A stretch of 62,247 nt of DNA from Termitinemataceae bacterium (lineage in GTDB: Bacteria; Spirochaetota; Spirochaetia; Treponematales; Breznakiellaceae): positions 1-62,247 of the forward strand of contig BTID01000001.1 of the NCBI GenBank assembly GCA_036245275.1. Direction: 5' to 3'. Position 1 is the first letter of the stretch, and the number at the start of each line of letters is the position of its first letter. The notes beneath the pieces are model-generated. The model was not told the origin of the DNA. It did no database searches and worked only from the letters and a program-made list of their open reading frames with translations. This document shows positions 1-8,730 of the stretch, piece after piece. The position numbers and the translations under genes are program-made.

Positions 1-1893
1 GCAGCCCATACACTAGCGCTTCCGTATCGTGATCCGCTTGCTCCGTCTCTTCCAAGGTCGCATTACTGTGTGTTTTGGAAAAGTGAAAAATTATTTTTAT
101 ATACTTATACAGAAGATTCAGATTTTAACGGCAGGATTGATAGAATTCGTTTACAAGTAGGATCACAAACCGATTCTAACTTCTCCGGTTTTTCTGTTGT
201 CGTAGACGGATATGAATTGGATACAGGAAAAGGTACTAATGGTTATCAAAAAATAAATACGGTTACCGGTGATACAGACGATACAGATTCAATTTATGTT
301 TATTTAAAAGAAAAAATATACAACGATACAGGTGAACGTCCCGAAGTTTATATTAGTAATTCAACTTTAACTGATGGTACTATCGATCATGTTATAATTG
401 TTGCTGATGCTCCTTATTTAATCCCTGCCGATACATCTCCGCCGCGCATTGCATATATGCTGGCAATACCAAACAATCCGCAAGTTTTTGTAAAAATGAC
501 GGAGCTTGTTAATAAATCAACTGTCGAAAGTCTTGTCGCTAAGACTATCGCAGGTAGAAATATTACAGGTGTATTATGTAATGATGTAGTAGTCCTTACT
601 GTTACAACATTCGATACAATTACAACCCCTCCTACAAGAATAGAGACACCTACAGAATTTGTTGGTGATTTTATTTTACAAATTGATAATGCATTTAGCG
701 CAGACGAATTAGTTAATGGTATTCCATTTGATGTTTCTATATTTGCTGATATAGAAGATGCTGCTTATGCTTATCTTGTAATTAATCCTACAGGCGGATC
801 GGCAAGTACATTGCCTAAATACCCTCATAACTATGACTTTACAAAAGAAGATTTAGGATCTTCGTTCGGCATTCATGTCTATTGGTATAGAGATGATGAT
901 GACAGTGATCCTAATCGTTTTCCTTTGCCGCACAATTATGATTGGCCTAAAAAAATTGAATTGCCAAATAAGTTTGCATCTCATATACAGCCGACTCGTC
1001 CTGTGCAAGGCTTACGCCGTGTTTCAGATCTATTGATTATGGAACATCCTTCATCAAGTGATGATCCTTATCTTTCATTTTGGCCGCTTTATGCGCGTGA
1101 TATTGCCGGTATAGAAAATGTTCGTCTAGGTATGGCGCAGATTTATGACGGCAGCGAAAAAATTCAGCTTACTGATATTGCTGTAGAAAATATTTTGCAA
1201 AACGATGTTACACTAACAGACGGTCAAAGTCCGCAGTTGATATTCGATTCAAACATACCGAATGAATACAAAGCTAAAGCAGAAGATCGCCTTGACAATG
1301 TTGGTTTATGGCTGCCTGAAACGCTAAATATGATTCCGCTGCCATACACAGGCGGCAATATAATTCTACCTGAATCAGAGGGTAATCATCATTATTACTA
1401 CAAAATATTAAAAGATAAAATTAAAAACAATTCAGTAGTTGAATTTATATTTTCTATTCCGCAGCCTATGCAAAATGCCGCTGCAGGTTTAGATACTGAT
1501 GTCCCTCTATACTGTGTGCGTCTTGATTCAGCACCCGGTGATATACCTGCAGACTGGTACAAAAAATTAAGACCATTTGTGTTAAACGCAAAAAATATAT
1601 ACTATCAACGTTCAGGTGCTACGATTTTAAATAACGTAATAAATCCATTGCAAGGTGAGCAAGCTGTGCTTAACTATATTTTAACAAAGCCCGGTCAAGT
1701 TACCGTTCAAGTATTTACAATGGACGGCACAGTTGTAAAGGTTCTTTACCGCGGACACCGCGAGCCGGGCGAATACGCAGCCCAATGGGATGGCAAAAAT
1801 AACGGAGGAAACCCCGTAGCACGCGGCATGTACTTTGTCCGCATAGTAGCACCTGACATAGACGAAATAAGAAAAGTGATGATTGTAAAGTAA
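1..1893 (+). CDS. Large secreted/surface protein, 5'-truncated by the window edge; C-terminal FlgD-Ig-like / sorting-tail-like beta-sandwich domain
   Basis: Frame 1 is open from nt 1; the ORF-track start at 70 is a GTG inside an open frame. Stop TAA is at 1891-1893. The last ~70 aa (GQVTVQVFTMDGTVVKVLYRG...GMYFVRIVAPD) fit the FlgD Ig-like domain pattern. I recognise no motif in the rest. Confidence 0.5.
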   Translation, partial: AAHTLALPYRDPLAPSLPRSHYCVFWKSEKLFLYTYTEDSDFNGRIDRIRLQVGSQTDSNFSGFSVVVDGYELDTGKGTNGYQKINTVTGDTDDTDSIYVYLKEKIYNDTGERPEVYISNSTLTDGTIDHVIIVADAPYLIPADTSPPRIAYMLAIPNNPQVFVKMTELVNKSTVESLVAKTIAGRNITGVLCNDVVVLTVTTFDTITTPPTRIETPTEFVGDFILQIDNAFSADELVNGIPFDVSIFADIEDAAYAYLVINPTGGSASTLPKYPHNYDFTKEDLGSSFGIHVYWYRDDDDSDPNRFPLPHNYDWPKKIELPNKFASHIQPTRPVQGLRRVSDLLIMEHPSSSDDPYLSFWPLYARDIAGIENVRLGMAQIYDGSEKIQLTDIAVENILQNDVTLTDGQSPQLIFDSNIPNEYKAKAEDRLDNVGLWLPETLNMIPLPYTGGNIILPESEGNHHYYYKILKDKIKNNSVVEFIFSIPQPMQNAAAGLDTDVPLYCVRLDSAPGDIPADWYKKLRPFVLNAKNIYYQRSGATILNNVINPLQGEQAVLNYILTKPGQVTVQVFTMDGTVVKVLYRGHREPGEYAAQWDGKNNGGNPVARGMYFVRIVAPDIDEIRKVMIVK

Positions 1894-1996
1894 AGGGCAC
1901 CTAAAAATTAAAACAGCACCTTTTCAGTAGGCACTTCTTAATGTATCATTAAGGTATATTGCACTAAGGTATATTGCAACAGATAGGAGGAATGGT

Positions 1997-2980
1997 ATGA
2001 AGAATCTTTTTGTTTTTGTTATGATTTGCAGTGTGCTGCCTTCGGCTTTTGCTCAGGGTAAAGAAGTAAAAATCGGCATATCAAAAATTGTACAGCATGT
2101 AGCGCTTGACGCTGTGGAAAAAGGTATACAAGATGGTTTAAAAGCAAAAGGTGTTAATGCTGTTTACGATCTGCAAAATGCAAACGGCGATATGAGTACT
2201 GCCTCACAGATTGCAGCAAAATTTAAAAACGAAAAAGTAAATATTGCAGTTGGTATCGCAACTCCAACTGCTCAGGCTTTGGCAAATTCCATAAAGGATA
2301 TTCCTGTTGTTTTTGCAACTGTTACAGATCCTGTAGGTGCAGGTTTAGTTAGAACGCTCACCCATGGCGAAGGCAACGTTACAGGATTGTCAGATGCTAT
2401 TCCAACTGTACAGCACATAACACTTTTTAAAGAGATAGCCGGAATAAAAACATTAGGCTACATTTATACATCTGCAGAGGCAAACTCGCTTTCTGCATTA
2501 AGGCAGGTAGAAGCCGGCTGCAAGAAAAATAACATAAAACTTGTTACACAATCTATCAATACATCTGCAGAAATAAAACAAGCTGCACAAGCAATTATAG
2601 ATAGAGTTGACGGACTTTATCTTACAACCGACAACACTGTATTTTCAGGATTACAGGCATTGATTAGCGTTTTTAAGACTGCAAAAAAACCGATATTTTC
2701 CGGTGATGTTACAGGCGCTGTAGACGGCGGCTGCCTTATAGCTTCCGGTTTTGATTACTATAAAGCAGGTATTGCATGTTCTGACATAATCTTTCAAATT
2801 ATAAACGGAAAAAAACCGGCGGACATACCGGTAAAACTAATCACCGATCCGTCAGAGTCAGATTTTTTGATCGACCTTGATGCCGCAAAAAATTGCAATA
2901 TAAAAATTCCGGAAAAATATATAAAGCAGGCTAATAAAATTTTTCAGAACGGAAAACTAAGTGTTAATAGGAATATGTAG
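1997..2980 (+). CDS. ABC transporter substrate-binding protein (ABC_sub_bind / BMP-like family), signal peptide
   Basis: SD GGAGG lies 8 nt upstream. The N-terminal signal is MKNLFVFVMICSVLPSAFAQ. The KIGISKIVQHVALD...GIATPTAQA...FATVTDPV pattern is typical of this periplasmic binding family. Confidence 0.7.
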   Translation: MKNLFVFVMICSVLPSAFAQGKEVKIGISKIVQHVALDAVEKGIQDGLKAKGVNAVYDLQNANGDMSTASQIAAKFKNEKVNIAVGIATPTAQALANSIKDIPVVFATVTDPVGAGLVRTLTHGEGNVTGLSDAIPTVQHITLFKEIAGIKTLGYIYTSAEANSLSALRQVEAGCKKNNIKLVTQSINTSAEIKQAAQAIIDRVDGLYLTTDNTVFSGLQALISVFKTAKKPIFSGDVTGAVDGGCLIASGFDYYKAGIACSDIIFQIINGKKPADIPVKLITDPSESDFLIDLDAAKNCNIKIPEKYIKQANKIFQNGKLSVNRNM

Positions 2981-2989
2981 GAGCATAAT

Positions 2990-3853
2990 GTGTTTGATTG
3001 GTTAACACCGTTAAGTGCAATTTATGATTATATACGTCCTGTGTTGGATGTTCTTGTACTTGCATTTTTGTTGTACAAAGCTTACGAGCTTTTAGCAAAG
3101 ACGCAGGCATTTCAATTGGTAAAGGGTGCAGGTTTACTTGCACTTGTTTTTGTTGTTGCTTATGTTTTAAAGCTGTCAACATTATTGTGGCTGCTTAAAC
3201 TCTTAGCTCCCGGACTTCTTGCAGTAATAGTTATTGTGTTCCAGCCGGAATTACGGAAAATTATTATAAGCTTAGGTCTTACAGAAATTTTTAAGCCTGA
3301 TCAAAAGCCGCGTTTGGGACAGCTTGAATCTGTTATAACGGCTGCAGAGATACTCTCTGAACAGCGGCGCGGCATGCTTGTTGTTTTTCCGCGCAGGACA
3401 AATATACGCAATATCATAGAAACAGGAACAAGAATTAACGGTGAAATTTCTTCTACATTGATTGTTACTGTTTTTCAGTTTGACGGTCCATTGCATGATG
3501 GTGCCATGATCATACAGAACGGAAAAATTGTTGCCTCAGGTTGTTTCTTGCCGCTTTCCGAACAACAGCATATTAAAAAAAGTTTTGGAACGCGTCACCG
3601 TGCAGCACTTGGTATGAGCGAAAACTCTGATGCTGTGGTTCTTGTGGTTTCAGAAGAAACCGGAGCTATTTCCATAGCTTACGAAGGCAAAATTTACTAC
3701 GATTTAAAACCTGAAGAAATACAAAATAAATTACATGATCTATTGGATCGCGGTGCACGCGGGGAGGCAAAATCAACGGAACAAAATATTAACAAAGCTG
3801 AAGCTGCAGATATTACACCTATAGGTTCCGCTGACGAGGTGTTAAAAAAATGA
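2990..3853 (+). CDS. cdaA: Diadenylate cyclase CdaA (c-di-AMP synthase), 3 N-terminal TM helices + DAC domain
   Basis: GTG start follows AGGAG. DAC-domain motifs are present: DGAMII, RHRAALGMSE and DAVVLVVSEETGAISIA. Stop TGA 3851-3853 overlaps the next start (ATGA). Confidence 0.9.
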   Translation: MFDWLTPLSAIYDYIRPVLDVLVLAFLLYKAYELLAKTQAFQLVKGAGLLALVFVVAYVLKLSTLLWLLKLLAPGLLAVIVIVFQPELRKIIISLGLTEIFKPDQKPRLGQLESVITAAEILSEQRRGMLVVFPRRTNIRNIIETGTRINGEISSTLIVTVFQFDGPLHDGAMIIQNGKIVASGCFLPLSEQQHIKKSFGTRHRAALGMSENSDAVVLVVSEETGAISIAYEGKIYYDLKPEEIQNKLHDLLDRGARGEAKSTEQNINKAEAADITPIGSADEVLKK

Positions 3854-4797
3854 ACATCAATAAATTAAAAGAAAGTATTACACATAACTGGCCTGCAAAA
3901 ACAATTTCACTGGCAATCGCTCTTATTATTTTTGTGTTCAACCGGTTTTCTTCGTTGGAAACAAAAAAGATAACCGTAAGTTTAAATCCGCCGGAAGTAA
4001 ACAGTCTTATTATTACAAATAGTATTCCGCAAAAAATAACTATACAGTTGCGGGGAATACGCGGCGAAATTTCTGCAATAAACGAAAATGATATTATAGC
4101 TTATATCGATACAGATAGTTTTTCAGGTATCGGAAAGTATGAAGTTCCTGTTTCAATTAGAAAACTTGGTTCTGCCTTGCAGGTTGATACATTAGAAATA
4201 GATATTAATCCGCCTGTTATTGCTGTTGAGCTTGATAATAGAGTTTTAAAAACTGTTATTGTAACACCTTCAATTTTAGGTAAACCTCCTCAAGGTTTTG
4301 AATTAAAGAATCAAATTGTAAATCCGGCTAAAATAGAAATAGAAGGACCTGAAAATTTTCTTACAAGACTAAGTACTATTTCTACAGAACAAATTAATTT
4401 AAGTCAGCGCAGCGAAAGCTTTACACGTAATATCAAAATTAAGGTGCCTGAGCTTGTAAAAATTCGCGGCTCTGATTCTGTTGAGTGTACTTTGAACATT
4501 GAGCCTATACAAATTACAAAAGATATATCAAACATAGCAGTTAGCATTATCAATTTGGATCCTGCTTTTAAAGTAGAACAGGAGCAAAATTCAGTAAACC
4601 TGCGCTTGCAAGGATATTACACAGCTATCGAAACAATTGACTTTCAGAATAATATATTATATTTAGATTGTTCAACGGTTACTAAAACCGGTGTTTATGA
4701 ATTAAAAGTTTTAGAATCGTTGCCGGATGATGTTACTGTAATGTCTATTGAACCTGATAATATTCAGATAACTGTTTTAAGCACCGAGGTAAATTAA
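3850..4797 (+). CDS. cdaR: CdaR / YbbR-domain regulator of CdaA
   Basis: It has a 4-nt overlap with cdaA, an N-terminal TM helix, and repeated YbbR-like beta-rich modules. Its position is the canonical one downstream of cdaA. Confidence 0.8.
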   Translation: MNINKLKESITHNWPAKTISLAIALIIFVFNRFSSLETKKITVSLNPPEVNSLIITNSIPQKITIQLRGIRGEISAINENDIIAYIDTDSFSGIGKYEVPVSIRKLGSALQVDTLEIDINPPVIAVELDNRVLKTVIVTPSILGKPPQGFELKNQIVNPAKIEIEGPENFLTRLSTISTEQINLSQRSESFTRNIKIKVPELVKIRGSDSVECTLNIEPIQITKDISNIAVSIINLDPAFKVEQEQNSVNLRLQGYYTAIETIDFQNNILYLDCSTVTKTGVYELKVLESLPDDVTVMSIEPDNIQITVLSTEVN

Positions 4798-5663
4798 TGG
4801 CAAAACCGGCAAAAGATGCTCCTTTAAAAATATCGTATCAAGCAAAAGAAAGTACTTCATGTCCTGTGTGCGAAACTGCATTCCACCGCGAAGAATTATT
4901 ATCAGGCAGCGGACGCTTAATTGCCGGTGAACTTACAGATGAGCTGCACAGACTTTACGAGCCGTCTGCAAAATACGGAAGTTTGTATCCGCTTGCATAT
5001 CTTGCTACCGTATGTCCTATTTGCTGGTTTGCTTCGATGGATGCCGATTTTTTAAAACTGCCTAGCGATAAAATAGACGCAGCAGGAAATGATACAGCGG
5101 CACGGAAAAAAGAAGTTGAAATGTTACATCCTAATGTTGACTTTGAGTCACCGCGTGATCTTGTTTCCGGTATGGTTTCGCAATATCTTGTTATGCGCTG
5201 TTATGATTATTATACGCCGCAATTTTCACCGACTATAAAGCAAGCCTTAGCCGCATTAAGGGCAGGTTGGCTTTTGGATCATCTGGATAAAGCAGAAAGC
5301 GGTCAACATTACGACTGGCTTGCCGTTTTGCTAAAAAAGAAAGCTCGTTTTTTTTATTCCGAAGCACTTAAAAAAGAACAAACCGGCAAGGAATCATTGT
5401 CTGCACTTGGCAACTTGGGTCCAGACACAGATAAAAATTATGGTTATGAAGGCGTGCTTTATCTTAACGGATATTTAGAATATAAATTCGGCGATACAAA
5501 CGATCCTGACATACGCAAAGATGCGCTTGCAAATGCAAAACGTACTCTTGCAAAAATGTTCGGTATGGGCAAATCATCAAAAAGCAGACCTGGTCCGCTT
5601 ATGGAAAAGTCCCGCGCTCTTTACGATATGTTCGCAAAAGAGTTAGGCGAATTCGATGAATAA
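4797..5663 (+). CDS. DUF2225-like protein (N-terminal CxxC...CxxC zinc-ribbon, helical C-terminus)
   Basis: TAATG 1-nt overlap with cdaR. CPVCETAF...CPICWF is a zinc-ribbon pair. The family assignment is from memory only. Confidence 0.5.
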   Translation: MAKPAKDAPLKISYQAKESTSCPVCETAFHREELLSGSGRLIAGELTDELHRLYEPSAKYGSLYPLAYLATVCPICWFASMDADFLKLPSDKIDAAGNDTAARKKEVEMLHPNVDFESPRDLVSGMVSQYLVMRCYDYYTPQFSPTIKQALAALRAGWLLDHLDKAESGQHYDWLAVLLKKKARFFYSEALKKEQTGKESLSALGNLGPDTDKNYGYEGVLYLNGYLEYKFGDTNDPDIRKDALANAKRTLAKMFGMGKSSKSRPGPLMEKSRALYDMFAKELGEFDE

Positions 5664-5671
5664 AAAATATG

Positions 5672-6997
5672 CTATAAATCTTCTGCGGTTTTGTATATGG
5701 TGTTAAATACCGGAATGATGTCCGATTGTTCCATAGCGGCGAATGCTACGCGCAGGTATTTATTTTCTAGGGATACTGTGCCTATGCCGTGTTTATGCAA
5801 TAGTTCCAAGCGCAGTTGTTCGGCATTGTTTTTTTTGCAGCACAATGTCATAAAATAGCCGGAGTTAAACGGTAAGGGTGTAAGCGCTGTAGATCCGGAA
5901 TGCTCGGCAATCACTTTTTTTACGGTTAGGTATCTGGTTTTTAAAAGGTTAAAAAGGTCTTGCTTTTCGGCTGCTGTATTTTCATCTTTGTATGTTTTAA
6001 TCAAAAAGTTTTGCGACGGTGTATTCGAGCATGAAACTGAGGAACGTATTGTTCCCATAAACTTTGTTGTAAGTGCATCAAACTGTTCTGTGTTCATTCC
6101 GGCAGAACCGAAAGTTACCATAGCCAGACGGAAGCCCCAACTGTAATCCTCTTTTGTAGGACCATCGGCTTTTACAGCAAGAATATTTTTATGGGCATTA
6201 CAGAGGCGGCTGAATATTGATTCTTTGCAGGTTTCCTCTTCATAAAAAAGTCCAAAGTAGGCATCATCGCTTATAACTAGGACATCAGCTCCCTTATCTG
6301 CTGCCTCAACAATGCAATCAACAAGGGCATCCTCTTCTGCATTATTAGGTGCATAGCCGGAAGGATTGTTGGGAAAATTCAAAATAATCCGCACCACGCC
6401 GCGTTTTGCCTCATCCTTTATGATTCTGGTGATGTTTTTTATATCCAAACCGGCATTATCACCTGCAGATGTGTCAAAAAGCGGTATTCCGCGTAAATAT
6501 CCGCCGCGGCGTTCTTCAAAAATCAACTTGTAATTATCCCAAGAGGGGGCTCCTGCTAAAAAAGTGCAGTCTTCATCAAGAAAAAGGTCGGCGGTAAACG
6601 AAATTCCAGCCGTAATACCTGGCACAACCACCGGTAATGAAATCAAATTGCTGTCTAGCGAAGGATTTTTTTCCAAAATCAGCTTTTTCCAAAGCTCACG
6701 AACCTCAGGAATACCGGCTGTGGGGGCGTAAGCAACCATCTCGGCAGAAGTAAGCGTGGGCATAAGACGGGTAAACGCGGAAAGCATCAATGGTCTACCG
6801 ACATTGTAAGCCATACCGATTGTCGCATTGGCAAAAGTAGCAGCCTTCTTTGCCTCAAAACCTTGTGCAATGATTCCTTTTGGAAAATAAATGCGCCGTC
6901 CGAATTTCGACAAAAGTCTTCCGGCAACGCATCCGTCAAGAATCTCATTTAATTGAATTGCCAGCATGTCCATAATTTTATGATACCGTATTAGCAC
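5672..6997 (-). CDS. Class I/II PLP-dependent aminotransferase (aspartate aminotransferase-like)
   Basis: NFPNNPSGY motif, overall length and fold-type I pattern. Confidence 0.75.
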   Translation of the reverse strand: MLIRYHKIMDMLAIQLNEILDGCVAGRLLSKFGRRIYFPKGIIAQGFEAKKAATFANATIGMAYNVGRPLMLSAFTRLMPTLTSAEMVAYAPTAGIPEVRELWKKLILEKNPSLDSNLISLPVVVPGITAGISFTADLFLDEDCTFLAGAPSWDNYKLIFEERRGGYLRGIPLFDTSAGDNAGLDIKNITRIIKDEAKRGVVRIILNFPNNPSGYAPNNAEEDALVDCIVEAADKGADVLVISDDAYFGLFYEEETCKESIFSRLCNAHKNILAVKADGPTKEDYSWGFRLAMVTFGSAGMNTEQFDALTTKFMGTIRSSVSCSNTPSQNFLIKTYKDENTAAEKQDLFNLLKTRYLTVKKVIAEHSGSTALTPLPFNSGYFMTLCCKKNNAEQLRLELLHKHGIGTVSLENKYLRVAFAAMEQSDIIPVFNTIYKTAEDL

Positions 6998-7023
6998 ACA
7001 GTTTGTAAGGTCATAAATCTACA

Positions 7024-8730
7024 TCAATCTACATTATCAATATTTTTAATTTCATCAACAAGAATTATCATTTCTTGTAATTTTTTTAAGCCGCTTGTCA
7101 TACCGTCCATAAATGTGGTTCCCTTGCCGCAAATCACGGGCAAGTTGGTAAGAGATTCATATTTTTTATCAGGCTTATCATTAAGAATCCCCCGTAAAAC
7201 ACGTTCCATACAAGTTAACTGCTCGCTGGTTTCGCTAATAATATTTCCCACAATGCCTCTTATTTCTTCAAATAATATTTGCGACTTTCTTCGCCGTATT
7301 GCTACCGACTGTACATCTGATGTCAATTGTTCCCAGCGTTTTCCAAATTCACCGCCCTCTAAAAGTTTTGTTGTAAAATTTTTTATCGTGTCATCAAGTT
7401 TTATAAGAACATTGTAGCTTTCTGTAAATTCAACACGGTTTTCTTTTTTTTCAAATTCTCCATTTATAAGTATGGGGCGCAGTACAATATTTATTTCCGG
7501 CATAAATATTTTTTTATGGAATGCTAAAAGTATTGATATGTTTTGTATTTCATCAACAGGTACACCTTCATCTTGTTCATTTGTTTGAACATTTTCAAAA
7601 GGTTCGATTTTAAAATCGCCAAACAAATTTTTATACAGTTTAGAAATATGTTCTCTGCGATTGTCAATAATATACTTATTAAACTGCTCGCTTACTTTTT
7701 TTAACCAACTATCACGATACTTTGCAAACCAGTCTTCTCCGCCGGAAATCTCAACAGGCTGCAAGCTCATATCTCTAGTTGCACAACGAAGTATACGTGT
7801 AATAGGTATACGTCTGTTGAATGTACGTATTACATCAAGTGATTTTTCTGCACGCTCTGTAAACTTTTGCATTTCCAAATTAACCTCAAAACCATCTTCG
7901 CCTTCGTGTTCCTGCATAATAAAAATAAACATAGAACTTAGCAATGTTATAGAAGGCGTTGTCTTTAACGAAAATAAAATATTATTTAGCGTTATTAAAA
8001 GACTCTTAATAGGATTAACAGGACATGCTATTCCTGCCTCAGGGTTATGGTTGTTAAACGAAAGTATAAGTCTGTCAAATAAAAAAGATGATAATTGTCT
8101 TAAACAAATTAACTGCCTTGCATTTTGATACATTGTGTTGCGGTGATCATCAGAAATAGCTCCAACTGTTGATTCAACAAATTCCAATGCATTGCGGCGC
8201 AGTTTTGTAATGGGAATATCAGGCTGTTCTGCGCAATAAACAGAAGGGTCTGTACCTTCTGCCAATGCTTTATCAATCTCCGGCATTTCCGCCGCACCCA
8301 AAAAAACAAAAAAATCACCGCTTGCTTTATTGACACTTGAATCCAGCGCAGAATAAAAAAATCTGACCGCTTCTTTTAATTTGATAAGCTCTGATTGAAA
8401 ATCTTGTTTAAGCAGTGTGTGTTGATAGTCGTACATTCCGGGGTATGCCGCATCAATTGCGCGGCCTTCTGCTGCAATCAATGAATCGGAAAAAACAGAC
8501 TGGGAATTTTTTCCTTTAAAAAAAGCAATTATGATATAGATAATTTTTTTAAACCAAGAAAGACGTTGAAAAAGCGCATCTGTTGTTTCTGCAGGCTGTA
8601 CTTCAGCATGTTCGTCTAACAAAGAACGTTGCGGCAGTTCGGTACGCGCCATTATTTTTTCTAGCAATTTTAACTTATCGTCTTGCACCATAGATGAAGT
8701 TAAACTTTCAAACGTGTCTTTTTTTGCCAT
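7024..8730 (-). CDS. Hypothetical protein, translationally coupled to smc
   Basis: Long ORF of 568 aa. Its start ATG 8728-8730 overlaps the smc stop by 1 nt (TAATG). There is one hydrophobic segment (IIYIIIAFF). No recognisable domain. Confidence 0.55.
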   Translation of the reverse strand: MAKKDTFESLTSSMVQDDKLKLLEKIMARTELPQRSLLDEHAEVQPAETTDALFQRLSWFKKIIYIIIAFFKGKNSQSVFSDSLIAAEGRAIDAAYPGMYDYQHTLLKQDFQSELIKLKEAVRFFYSALDSSVNKASGDFFVFLGAAEMPEIDKALAEGTDPSVYCAEQPDIPITKLRRNALEFVESTVGAISDDHRNTMYQNARQLICLRQLSSFLFDRLILSFNNHNPEAGIACPVNPIKSLLITLNNILFSLKTTPSITLLSSMFIFIMQEHEGEDGFEVNLEMQKFTERAEKSLDVIRTFNRRIPITRILRCATRDMSLQPVEISGGEDWFAKYRDSWLKKVSEQFNKYIIDNRREHISKLYKNLFGDFKIEPFENVQTNEQDEGVPVDEIQNISILLAFHKKIFMPEINIVLRPILINGEFEKKENRVEFTESYNVLIKLDDTIKNFTTKLLEGGEFGKRWEQLTSDVQSVAIRRRKSQILFEEIRGIVGNIISETSEQLTCMERVLRGILNDKPDKKYESLTNLPVICGKGTTFMDGMTSGLKKLQEMIILVDEIKNIDNVD

